From: Antedon mediterranea | Taxonomy: Eukaryota; Animalia; Echinodermata | Assembly (NCBI RefSeq): GCF_964355755.1 | Contig: NC_092673.1 | Span: 8,184,001 to 8,248,000, forward strand | Length of the DNA: 64,000 bases | Direction of reading: 5' to 3' | Part shown: piece after piece, positions 53,901 to 64,000 of the stretch | Numbering within the stretch: the first letter of the stretch is position 1 | Layout of the letters: the number at the start of each line of letters is the position of its first letter | Translations under genes and position numbers: made by a program | Notes under the pieces: model-generated | What the model was told of the DNA's origin: nothing | What the model saw: the letters and a program-made list of their open reading frames with translations, nothing else | Database searches by the model: none

Positions 53901-56900
53901 TGAAAAATACATACAAAGTGATAACACTACAGAGAAATACATACATGTAGGGGATTTTAAAGGATTGCCTAAAAAGATAGTAGCTTATTTATATTAGGGT
54001 TCTTATAATGTAAAATAGAAAATTAAGTATTGTATTAAAACATACACAAAAAATTTAAAAAAAGTTAGACATTTGGTTTGAAAGTACTGGTGAAACTTTT
54101 CAGTAAAGATACCAATTTTTCTATTAACTTACTTGTTTGTTAAAATCTAACCTCTCGACAAAGTTGACCAATTTCGTTCATTTTATTGTTGTTGTGAATT
54201 ATAAAGGAGAATAATTTCATGGGTTGAATAGAACACTCAATCTTTCATCAAACATTTTTTTAGTGTTGTTTGTATTTATGTGGTTATCATGTGACAAAAA
54301 TCATTTGATTAGCTGGCCATAGAATGGCATCATTGCTTATCACTTTTATTGTATGCAATGAAATTACAAATGCCACAATATAAAATCAACTAATTATATG
54401 GCAAGGATACTGTTACATTTTCATAAATTATGCATATTAATAATTATGAAACCCAAATGTAATATTCTGCAATATTTTAGTTTCACTACTATATATTTAA
54501 TTTCAAGCAATTCTTCAATATTTTACTTAGCAAGATCTATAAGAATTTGTAATGTATGCCATTTTTTTTTTATCTTTGTAATTGCAGGTTGTGTTCTATC
54601 ATTCTGTTCAATGAAATTCTTATGTAGAAATGTCAAAATTAATTTGACTGCAATAATATAGTTTTATTAGATATGCAGTTGGTATTACATAACATTTTAT
54701 AATATAAACTTACATATTTACTACCATTAAAACCATCTTGAGATGCCTCTGTGTTGCTACTGTCATTATCCGCATTCACACATAAAGAAACATTCGTACT
54801 GCAAGTTAGAGTATTTAAAAATTCATTACAAAATAACAACATTAGCAAATGCAAAATAACAAACTCTCTGAAATTAGCTGATGGCTACTTCCGCATAACG
54901 CAAGGTGTTTCAACAGAGTCAATTAACTCTGAGAAGGCGGATAACGACGGAGAATATAACAAGTAATAAAATGAGCACAGTTGTTAGAATATATATCATT
55001 TGGTAAGATCGAATCCCCTATGGCGTGGTAATCTTAAGCTGTGTAGAATTAAAGCCGAGTAGATTGTTTATACATACACGCTGCAAATTATAAATAGGGA
55101 ACTAGACCGGTAATTGTATCAAAGCAAAGGCTTTCAAATTTCAAGGTTATTTTGAGTGATATGAAATGAACGAAAATTCATTTCATTAATGAAGTTCATG
55201 CGAAGTTAAAAACTTAATAACTTAAGTAGAAAATATAAACATTGAATAATTCTCCAATTCAGAAGATAATTAAGAATACTTTTGTTTATTTTGCCTTCTC
55301 ACCTTGTTTTACGTATGAAACTACCTTTAGCACATACAAAAATATGTCATAAATAAGAAAACAAAATTTCAAATGTAGACATTGGAATTAATAGCATTTG
55401 CTTTACTGTACAAAACTGTCCGGTCCAATAAAAATTGCTATTGCTAAAAACATTTTTAATTTGAATGCAAAAAAAAGTATAGATACCTTGTTGACGGGGA
55501 TGTTCCATTTTCTTCTACATTTTTATCCTGAAAAAAAAAATAAAATAAAAAATGATTTACATACAATGTCGCATATTTTGATGAGAATTTGAAGGCATAC
55601 ATTTACGCCTATATGGTTGAATAGTCTCAATCACATGTGATTGGCTATTAAAAATAAGAATGTTTTTTTAGTAAATTATACTCCATTGTTTTCCCGATCT
55701 TAAGTTTTCTTTTGGGAGTCATCGACTTGCTATTGATTTGTAATACTTGATTGAGAGATCATCAATAAAATGAAACCAGACATACTGTACTGTATGTAAT
55801 GTTTTTACTACTTGTTAGTAGTTACTTTTACTACTCAGAATATATGTACTCACAAGCTAGTATACAGTATCTACTAGCTATCAACTAGCATAGGTATCAT
55901 AACAACAAATTAACTCACTGGAAATATATTAGAATAAGTAATTCTTTGCTTGGATAATAATTCTTCTGTCCGGTTTGTGTCTTCCTCCAAAACATGTAAT
56001 TGCTTTTGTAGTTCATTTAGTTGCTGAAAATAAATTAAAATCAATTGTTTCTTTAGTTGCTCATACACAATGTTGTTTATTTGGGCCTGGGTTTAAAACC
56101 TGTTCATTAAATTCAATGTTATGTTTTAAAAGAGTTTACTGTAGAAATAAAAGCCAGAATATACCAAATACATCAGAATAAACTACAGTATGTTGTTTAG
56201 GGCCTCTTCAGACCTACAGAGTTATCGTTTTGCATTTTACAGCCTTAATAGGTGTGAACTTAATGTTAAGTATATTAGCCATTCCTTACTTGTTCATTAT
56301 ACAGTAAGATTACCAACAAACCAATTAAATTTATTCTAGCATACTAAACTTTTTGCCCCTTCAGTTTTAAACGAAAGTGTAATTTAATCAAATTTGAACA
56401 CTTTCTATTTACGATACTACTGTAACTTTACTTTAAGATACAAAGATAAGGTACCGTTAAACTAATGATTTTCTTGCAGATATTTGATAAAATATGATCA
56501 CATAATGGATAATAAAAACTAGAGCAGGCTATTTTTGAGTTACCTCTTGCTTTTTCCTCTTTGCTTGCTCAAGAAATTCTCTAAGTATTTGGTTCTGTGC
56601 AAATTGACTATCCTACAACAAAAGAATATAATATAATAATTTAAAAGAACTTTAGCTTTAATGGTCTATCATTTATCAAATAATAATTAGACAATCTTTT
56701 AAATCACTAACAATTATGTATACAATAAAAAATATATGGTAAACTGCAATCTTTATACAAGGATCTAAAAAAATGGGCATCTTATAAAATGTAATTAGGA
56801 AAGGGGAGGGGTCCAGACTCTATGGATATCCTTATGATATAATACAAGGATTTCATTGATAATAATTTACAAAAGAACGAATTGTATGTACAGTAGGTAC

Positions 56901-59900
56901 AGTACAGAAAAACAAGATTCATATGTTACACTGTATGACACAGACAAAATTGTAGATAAAGAAACTGTATAATGATGTAGTCATCATTCATCAAACTATT
57001 CATTTTATAGTAAAATCTTTTTGTATTGTGTATTGTTGATGATGCTGTATAATACTACTACTGTATATTTGCACAATAAATACTGAAACTGTTCGCTTGC
57101 TAGATTTAAAAACAACTCGGTATTAAGATTTATCATTCAAGTTGTGAGACGAGGTAATCAACAAGTTTATATACTGTAGTTAGGCCCCGGAAATCAGAAA
57201 TGGTCATTGAACGAGAATTACACTTAATTAAGACATAATGCTGCAGGTTTTTGTAACTGAACACTTACAGTAAGTAGTGTACATTGAACTAATAAAAGCA
57301 AACAACATTTTTTAACGAACGATACAGTAGCTTTTCTTCACTTTTGATCCTTTATATTATTATTAATTTTTTTCAATCTACATATTGAACACAATTACCA
57401 TTTGATTGTTGGAAAGAAAGTTAAAAATGGTTGCTTTATTGCGTGCCAATTAACATAAATTGTTTGTTGTCGAATCGAGTAGCCAAGCAGTTAAGGCAGG
57501 GGCGCTGGAAACCATAGCGAAAATCGGCACAGGTTCAAGGCACTATTCAACGATTGTTCTGGTGGCAAAAAAAGTCTTTATGGAAGGTTTTAAAACAGGT
57601 CTGTATTGGTCTACCTTGGCTAATTTTGGACAGAAGAAGGAGTGCCGTTTGGTGGCAGCTGTACGACACAGAGGAACCATTAGGGAAGAAGAAAGTTGAT
57701 GTTGTTGTTACATTTACATTTTATTTCCAGTTTCCCTAAAATCAGCATAATTAATTTAGTTTTTTTTCTATTTATTCAAAAACATGCCAACAGGAACAAT
57801 GTTCCCACTTACTGATGTTACAAAAAATACAATATAAAATATGTATAAATATATACTGTATGTACAGTATTAATCATAATTAATAAATATCCCTGTCTAA
57901 ATAAAAAGAGGGATTGAAAAAGGAACTTATAGTCACAAGAAATTGATTTCTTGAAATTCACAGCAGGATTGAAATTTACAAAATTTGACATTTTATAACA
58001 ACTAAATAGATTCCTGTCATTTGATTGGATGATTGTGGTTCAAGTGCCGTGTATTTTTATTTTTGTCAGCTGAAGACCGGACAGTGCGACTCCTTTCAAC
58101 AGCATCAACAACAATGATTTATGCATGCTCCCGCAAGAGCACAGTGTATTACTATTGTTGAAGATCGGAACTACAGTATGCGACCTCCTAACAACAATGG
58201 TGATCTCCGGTTGTAATTTTGCTCTGATGAGTGACAATGAAATTACTAAATTACATGATTTTGCAGACTCGAAAAAAAAAAAATAAAATAGTAGTCTATA
58301 GAGATTTTGCCTCGTAAAAATAGAATTTCATCTTTCACCTCATGAAATTATTTGTACCATCGCACTCAATCATAAACATTCAATTGTATACTGTACTATT
58401 AAATTTCACGATGATTCATGAACTTGTCATTATCTAGATTTTTTGGCCTAAATATAACATCTTCCGATTTGAAAAAAAAGAGTATATTGTACATAGAAAT
58501 CATAGGTCAATTCATTATTTGTTCATAACACTTAGCATGTGAAACCTATTGATCTAATCTATCTCTTCCTGTATATCCTGTTATGTTATTGAATGTCATC
58601 CGGTAATCTATTCACTAAACTACTTCTTTTCACCTGCTGTCAGATTAACTTGGTCAATGCCTATTGCTGAATAATAACTAATATAGTAATGATTTTAGTA
58701 TCCGGTATTTGCAATAATTAAATATAATAATTCCTAGACATTGTAAAAGAGAGAGAGCACTAAAAAAAATAATGATCTAAATTGAAATATTAATTTTCTC
58801 AATTCTTTGATCATTTTAAAATTTTGTTCATGTACTGTACAAAAAAAATGTTAAAACATTCACTACTTTTTTGTTTGTCTAATAGCTTGAAAATAAATTG
58901 AATACGTTCTTATAGTAATTATTTTTATAAACTGTAAACATTGAGAATGTTTGTAATTTTGATGTTTCGGTTTCAAGATAGTCCATCTACTATTTTGATA
59001 TCAAAACATTTGTCTGTTTCTCAAATTCTGTCCTATCACTGGTCAGTGTAGAGTATAGCCTTTAGCTTTACCTCCATGATTTTAGTAATAAAGAATAGAA
59101 ATAGGTCAACCTTACACTTTCTAAAGTCAAAGTTCAAACTAGGTTGGTTTGCAGATTACAGATATTTTTCTTAGGTTGAACAAGCATGAAATCTAATAAT
59201 GAATTTCGACGGACGCATTAAAGGCAATGCTCAGAACAGGACGTGCAGTACTTTATGCACTCCCAGGGCATCAATTTCTCAGACAATCGTAAAATACATT
59301 TATGAAAATGAAAACGGGATTATTTGCAACTTTTATTGCTTTATATATAAATTTGTAATTTTTATTGAATTTTGCAGGCATTGTCATATCATTTAAATAC
59401 AGTTACAGTATAACTGGTAAAAAATTTCATTTTTCACTGAAAACAGTCAATTTTTGCTTTATTTAAATTCATTATTAAGTAAACACCTTCGAACAAAACC
59501 AAGGAAAGTGTCCCATCATTAGAGGTGCTCCGTAGGAGTTCTATATTTTTACTTTTAAATTAATACTATCTTTTAGTTTTATAATATTATTACTTAAGCT
59601 GAAATCACTGTCTAGGCAAACATGATAACATTAGTTGTCACATGTACTGTATACCACCTAAATTTTGAGTTGACTGGTTACAGCTGCAGCTTGTGATTGG
59701 CTACACACTCAAAACTATTTGAAAGGCACAATGTTAAAGATTGAATAATTAAATAAGATAATGCACATATATATACTTTGTTCGTAAGTTTCAATGTGGG
59801 TACGCATACGCTGCCTCACTTCATTAATGATAACGGGGCTAAGGGCTGGTAAACACCTCTGTTCCAAGAAACAGTTACAACTCTTTTTAATTGAGGATGG

Positions 59901-62787
59901 AAGCAAATCCAACAAAAATCTACGACAATTAGTTTACTGGTAAGGTTAAATGTCCGTCAAGACAGTGTTTAGTTGTCGCAATGAAACGGGCCAATCAAAA
60001 AGAACATCCAATCCACTATCTCATTCCCATATTTTTAACAATTTACAGTTCTACAATGTGTATAAATTTACTGTACTTGCTGAAAATGAACTCACAACAG
60101 AAATTTGCCTACTATACTAAGGCCCTGTTTCTGCTGCCAAGAAAATACCGTATTTTATACGGTAATTTTTGAATACCGTATTTATACCGTATTTTTTTGG
60201 CAGCAGAAACTGCGCTCATAAAACAAATACTGTATTTTGTATACCGTATTTTCCCCACAAAATTTTTGGATAAAATACGGTATTTACAAATTTATACCGT
60301 ATTTTTTGTACCCTTTTCATGAGGTCAACATCGTGATTTTATTTTCTGTCGCTGTCAGCTGTTTTACACACGTGTATAGATATATTCGGCGAAAATGTGG
60401 AGCGAAGACGTCACAGTATTTACTATATAAATCTGTGTGGGGAAGGAAGCTATAATGTCCGGCCAACTAAAAGGTAATAAAAGGGACAACCACATTTATA
60501 AAGACATTTGTAAAAAAATAAAGCAGCAGGAGTACGGAATAGACTTGTCTCCAAAGCAAGTAAATTCAAAGCTGAAGAGCCTGCGAAGCAGTACAACATT
60601 GCAAAAGACAAAAACTTGGGGAGGGAAAGAATTACTTGTCCCCATTACGATGTTTTCTGTACTCTCACAACATTTCTATCACTAGGGCAAGGCTGTTGAA
60701 AGTGAGACGTAAAACTTCCTTTATTGCGACTTTTAATTATCGACCAAATAAATGAATGGCAATTTGGGTAAAAAGGATGAAATTTAACACGACCACCCAA
60801 GAAGTATTGTTAGCAGAAACGAGGTACTAAAAAATACGGTATAAAAAATACGGTATAAAAAATACCGTATTTTTATACCGTATTTTGAGCAGTTGCAGCA
60901 GAAACAGGCCCTTTAAAGTAAACTATATAAAGCGATATTTAAACCTATGATATTGACTAATATGGCATGGTTCAAAATATGGCCCTCAGTGATCTGTAGA
61001 ATATCCGGAGAAGAAGTCGAGGGATAAATGGTTGCCAGATAACCGAGGGCTTTATTTTGAATGGTTTCTCAATGAAACACCAGTCAAATTTGTTTTTACC
61101 ATATACAATCTATTGTAGGCCGAGGTGAGGAAAAGAAAAAGTCTGGTATATTTGTATATTACAATATAACAAAAAATATGGTACTACTACTGCAAAATCA
61201 TATGATATACAAATAATGAATGTTTATCAGTGCGATGGCATAAATAATTTCATGAGGTTAAATTCTATTTTCACAAGGGAATTCTTGTCATGGTCATTGC
61301 TATTGTTCTGATCATTGCTTCTACTCTTAAGAATAACAGACGGTGCTGCTATTGGATTTCAAGCAAATTTTTGTTTCTGCACCATAAAATGAAAAAAGTA
61401 CTATTAAACGATCATTAAATAGTATGATTGCACGCCATGTGATTCACAATCATCCAATCAAATGAAAAATGTTTTATAACATGTGTTTATTAGCCATGCC
61501 TGTGCACAACTCACCATCTCCAGTCTTCTTTTCTTATTAACAAGAAATTCCAAAACAAAATTGACCTCTGACAGTTCCCACTTATCATGACTACCAAGTA
61601 AATCCACAAAATTTGAACCTTGCTGAGCATTCTGAAAAACAAAATCACATGTCATTTATTTATTTTTTACGTCAGACATTTTTTTTTTATCACACAACAC
61701 GACACTGCTGTTAAAATATTATTAAATTGTACAAAACTGATTTTTTTGGGAGAATGACGAGTAGGGCTAAGAAAGTAACTGGTTTGTCACAGGACAACAA
61801 AGGAGTTTAATAGAATACTGTATTATTTTTTTAGGACAAAGATTATGGTTGCTGCTATTGTCGGGAGAGCTACTGTAAAGGAGGAAAGTGAATGTACACA
61901 GAGACCGCTATAGTACTCGTTCTGCACAACTACTTCCATGATAAGACGCTACAGTACAATTTAACATTTTGGACTGCAAAAGAATTTTATATTGTATTGC
62001 ATTGTATTGGAATATATAAATCTATATTTCAGACTAATATCTTTGCAACACTGATCCAAAATAATACAGAATTTAACATTAATTAATAATACATGTACAG
62101 TATTTCTCTGTAGTTTTAGATAGAAAGTGCAAAGACAACGGTCTTTATTTCAGAACAGAAATTTTAATTTGCACTAAAAACAACAATCTTCAAACTACAG
62201 AGCAACAAAATCCATGTTCAAACTATTTTTAAACTGCATTTTATTTGATGATGGTTTGAATTGTTTATTCCATGATTCACACAGATGTTTACTAGTACAG
62301 TAGTAGTAATACTACTTGTGATTAAAACCACAAAACATTTAAAGGCAAAGCAATAAATGGATAGCAGTATACACACCACATTACAGAATCTATTTTGGAA
62401 TGAACAATACATTTTACACCAAAAAAAAGTGAACTGATTTTTTTTTTATTTATTTAATCCATTCCAATTCAACAGCGAATCATCGCCACTATATACTCAT
62501 TTTTTTTTTCTATTTTAAAGAAATTTCAATTAACTCAAAGGTGGTTCGTTGTGAACATTTTGTTCTTTTAGGATTCTCTTTAATCATATAAAATTCATGG
62601 TATGTATTTTTTCAGATTAACTTATTTTCAATTGTCATTTGACCAGAAATTCATACTGTAGTGTAATAAACTTCATACTTTTATATAAATAATGAAAATA
62701 ATGATAATCCCCTTGATCTTACCAAAGGACCAAGCTTGGGTCTTTTTTCTTCTTGTCTTTGCCGATGTTTTAATATCAATTCATTTA
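41854..62787 (-). CDS. COP1: E3 ubiquitin ligase COP1 (RFWD2), coiled-coil plus WD40 part; 5' RING exons outside the window
   Basis: Sixteen GT-AG exons join in frame (1643 nt): 62723-62787, 61515-61631, 56544-56612, 55919-56023, 55487-55527, 54714-54798, 53691-53808, 51755-51890, 50348-50491, 47839-47947, 47283-47364, 46853-46969, 44591-44708, 44047-44260, 42689-42748, 41854-41916. Diagnostic peptides include [37 protein letters not shown] and [14 protein letters not shown]-stop. Confidence 0.96.
42689..42748 (-). CDS. COP1: COP1 penultimate exon
   Basis: [20 protein letters not shown]. Confidence 0.93.
42916..43441. mobile_element. Kolobok-type MITE, second family
   Basis: TTAA|AGATGTATTGTCCCTT ... 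AAGAGACAATACATCT|TTAA; right end also at 52250-52328. Confidence 0.8.
44047..44260 (-). CDS. COP1: COP1 WD40 exon
   Basis: [32 protein letters not shown]...[10 protein letters not shown]. Confidence 0.95.
44591..44708 (-). CDS. COP1: COP1 WD40 exon
   Basis: [39 protein letters not shown]. Confidence 0.95.
45071..45391 (-). mobile_element. tRNA-derived SINE with Deu/Nin-like core
   Basis: Box A TGGCCGAGCGG, box B GGTTCGAGGC, core CGGATAAGGACTATAAACCGTAGGTCC..TTAAAGAACC..GAGTAGGGGGTTACCCCGGTGT, (AAAC)n tail. Confidence 0.85.
45640..45991 (+). mobile_element. tRNA-derived SINE with Deu/Nin-like core, different 3' tail
   Basis: Same head and core as 45071-45391; poly(A) tail; TSD ACAGAGC at 45633-45639 and 45992-45998. 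Confidence 0.88.
46395..46466 (-). ncRNA. tRNA-like Pol III unit (Arg-like 5' end, ATC at the anticodon position), probably element-borne
   Basis: 72 nt folds as a cloverleaf: acceptor GCCCCAG/TTGGGGC, T-arm CCGAG-TTCGAGT-CTCGG, followed by TTTTT. Atypical A32 and 27-43 mismatch. Confidence 0.7.
46712..46759 (-). ncRNA. Minimal type I hammerhead ribozyme (Penelope-like element type)
   Basis: TTGCA-CTGATGA-A-GGGC(TAGAGTT)GCCC-GAAA-GC-TT-TGC; palindromic AAAGCTTT stem III. Confidence 0.7.
46853..46969 (-). CDS. COP1: COP1 WD40 exon
   Basis: [38 protein letters not shown]. Confidence 0.95.
47283..47364 (-). CDS. COP1: COP1 WD40 exon
   Basis: [27 protein letters not shown]. Confidence 0.95.
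47839..47947 (-). CDS. COP1: COP1 WD40 exon
   Basis: [36 protein letters not shown]. Confidence 0.95.
50251..50298 (-). ncRNA. Second minimal hammerhead ribozyme, same element family
   Basis: TTGCA-CTGATGA-AG-GGCTA(GTGT)TGGCT-GAAA-GC-TC-TGC; 50120-50298 is homologous to 46592-46759. Confidence 0.6.
50348..50491 (-). CDS. COP1: COP1 WD40 exon
   Basis: [47 protein letters not shown]. Confidence 0.95.
50568..51520. repeat. 18-bp minisatellite (GTGTTGATAATAGTCATA)n in a COP1 intron
   Basis: Directly visible; homogeneous on the left, decaying on the right. Confidence 0.95.
51755..51890 (-). CDS. COP1: COP1 exon
   Basis: [37 protein letters not shown]. Confidence 0.93.
52644..53661. mobile_element. 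Internally deleted Kolobok transposon with THAP and KolX-like 5' remnants
   Basis: TTAA|AGGAAAGGAACACCCT ... AGGGTGTTCCTTTCCT|TTAA. Plus strand: [21 protein letters not shown] (THAP C-terminus). Minus strand from 53343: [22 protein letters not shown]. Confidence 0.8.
53691..53808 (-). CDS. COP1: COP1 exon
   Basis: [39 protein letters not shown]. Confidence 0.92.
54714..54798 (-). CDS. COP1: COP1 linker exon
   Basis: [28 protein letters not shown]; phase-compatible. Confidence 0.72.
55487..55527 (-). CDS. COP1: COP1 small linker exon
   Basis: [13 protein letters not shown]; phase 0 to 2 exactly bridges the neighbouring exons. Confidence 0.7.
55919..56023 (-). CDS. COP1: COP1 exon (coiled coil)
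   Basis: [35 protein letters not shown]. Confidence 0.88.
56544..56612 (-). CDS. COP1: COP1 exon (coiled coil)
   Basis: [23 protein letters not shown]. Confidence 0.9.
60120..60912. mobile_element. PIF/Harbinger deletion derivative with Myb/SANT-like remnant
   Basis: TIR AGG.CCTGTTTCTGCTGC; subterminal ATACCGTAT repeats; [36 protein letters not shown] followed by a frameshifted ITCP..YD motif at 60440-60655. Confidence 0.78.
61515..61631 (-). CDS. COP1: COP1 exon
   Basis: [39 protein letters not shown]. Confidence 0.88.
62723..62787 (-). CDS. COP1: COP1 exon (post-RING)
   Basis: [21 protein letters not shown]. Confidence 0.88.
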
Positions 62788-64000
62788 CTGTAAAAAAAGA
62801 AATGTCAAATAGTATTTAAACTGTATGTACAGTTTTTGTTGCTACAGAATGTGATGGTCAAATACATTGTAGAAATGGTTTAAACCCATATACTGTAGCT
62901 TATGTTTTATTAGGGAATACAGTACATTTTAATAAATCATTAATTATAGTACAGCAAGATACACAATAACGTAATAAATCCATAGTATAAAATAATAGCC
63001 ACTCATAGGATTTCAACAAAATTAAGTGGCATTGGAATTGCAAAACCGTTTTCCTGTCTAGATTTAAAAGAAGACTAGAGATTGTATAGTAGTAGTGGTT
63101 TCAACATTATTCTAGTCCCATGGTAGTTGTAACGAATCCTTAAATGATCAGAGCATCTAGCACTCACAACAGCCTCTCTACAGGCTAAGCTTATGACTGC
63201 GGAACAGGTAATGGCAAAATGATGACTTCCACAACCGTTTATCCAGCCACGTTTTTTTTTATTTGTACTGAATGGCAGAAGATTAATCCATACATTAGCT
63301 AGACAGGATGTCAGGTGATATAATGTTCTTCCTGTGTGTCCTCTCTTTTTTTTTAAAAAAGATTTAATACAACAATTTATCAAAGTTCAATTTCTTTCTT
63401 TAAAACCATTACATTGATATTGGCATTGTAAAATACCAATTTATGTATGGCACAATGAATGCTGATTGAAACAAAGAAATGATGTGTAAATGTGTTTAAT
63501 TTCCATGTAATTAATAGTGTATACCTCGACTTTGAGATATTTGTAGAAGGAAAAACAACAAAGTGCAATTTCTTTATCAATCAATAATTGCTTGGTGGAG
63601 CAGATCACCTATTATTTAGGATTAAAGATGTTTTTCAGTCCCCCAAAAACATGAAAAATGAAGATTAATAAATAATAATAATAATCAAGTTAATCACTTC
63701 TATAAAAAAAACCAAAAAAAAAAACCAATTTTTTCAGTGTTCACTTTATATAAAGACAAAATACACGGTTAAATTCTGAATTTAACCGTTTTTTCAGGTA
63801 AAAAATTATTTTTTAGATCCAATTTTTGGTCATAAAAAAGAAGAAAAAATCTTAATTTATAGTTCGTATTTGTTGATATTGCAAAATTTTGGGCCAAATT
63901 AATCCCATGTTTATTAAGGAATAAATGTCCCAAATTAAAATAGAGGAAGAAGAAATAATCTTGTATAGCTATCAATATCATTATCATGTAATGAACAGCA

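Noticed and set aside
58222-58255. CTGATGAG...GAAA possible hammerhead
   Set aside because: No convincing stem II or stem I pairing
63075-63383. Possible COP1 RING exon or snoRNA-like motif
   Set aside because: No RING-like peptide in the minus frames examined; the ATGATGA box is on the strand opposite to COP1

Overview
AT-rich, intron-containing animal genomic DNA, probably a marine invertebrate (inferred from gene structure and repeat types). It holds three host loci, all on the minus strand. (1) An intact 370-aa secreted subtilisin/proteinase K-like (S8A) protease gene has 8 coding exons at 12880-24125 plus a non-coding first exon; its intron phases appear to match PCSK9 but it has no C-terminal extension. 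(2) A tandem paralog of it is a pseudogene (6274-9850). (3) The 3' 16 coding exons of the E3 ligase COP1/RFWD2 span 41854-62787; the RING exons lie beyond the window end. The rest is dense with mobile DNA: two multi-kb foldback elements, a ~3.3 kb tandem segmental duplication, Kolobok/Harbinger/pogo-type MITEs, LINE and Penelope fragments, an inverted pair of Deu-type SINEs, a 5S rRNA fragment and several minisatellites. The most notable observations are two sense-oriented minimal hammerhead ribozymes in COP1 introns (one linked to a tRNA-like Pol III unit) and recurrent TA>TAGGCCTA / TACAGTA / TACGGTA insertions visible by comparing paralogous copies. Exon and element boundaries were read by hand; family names come from recalled motifs, not database searches.
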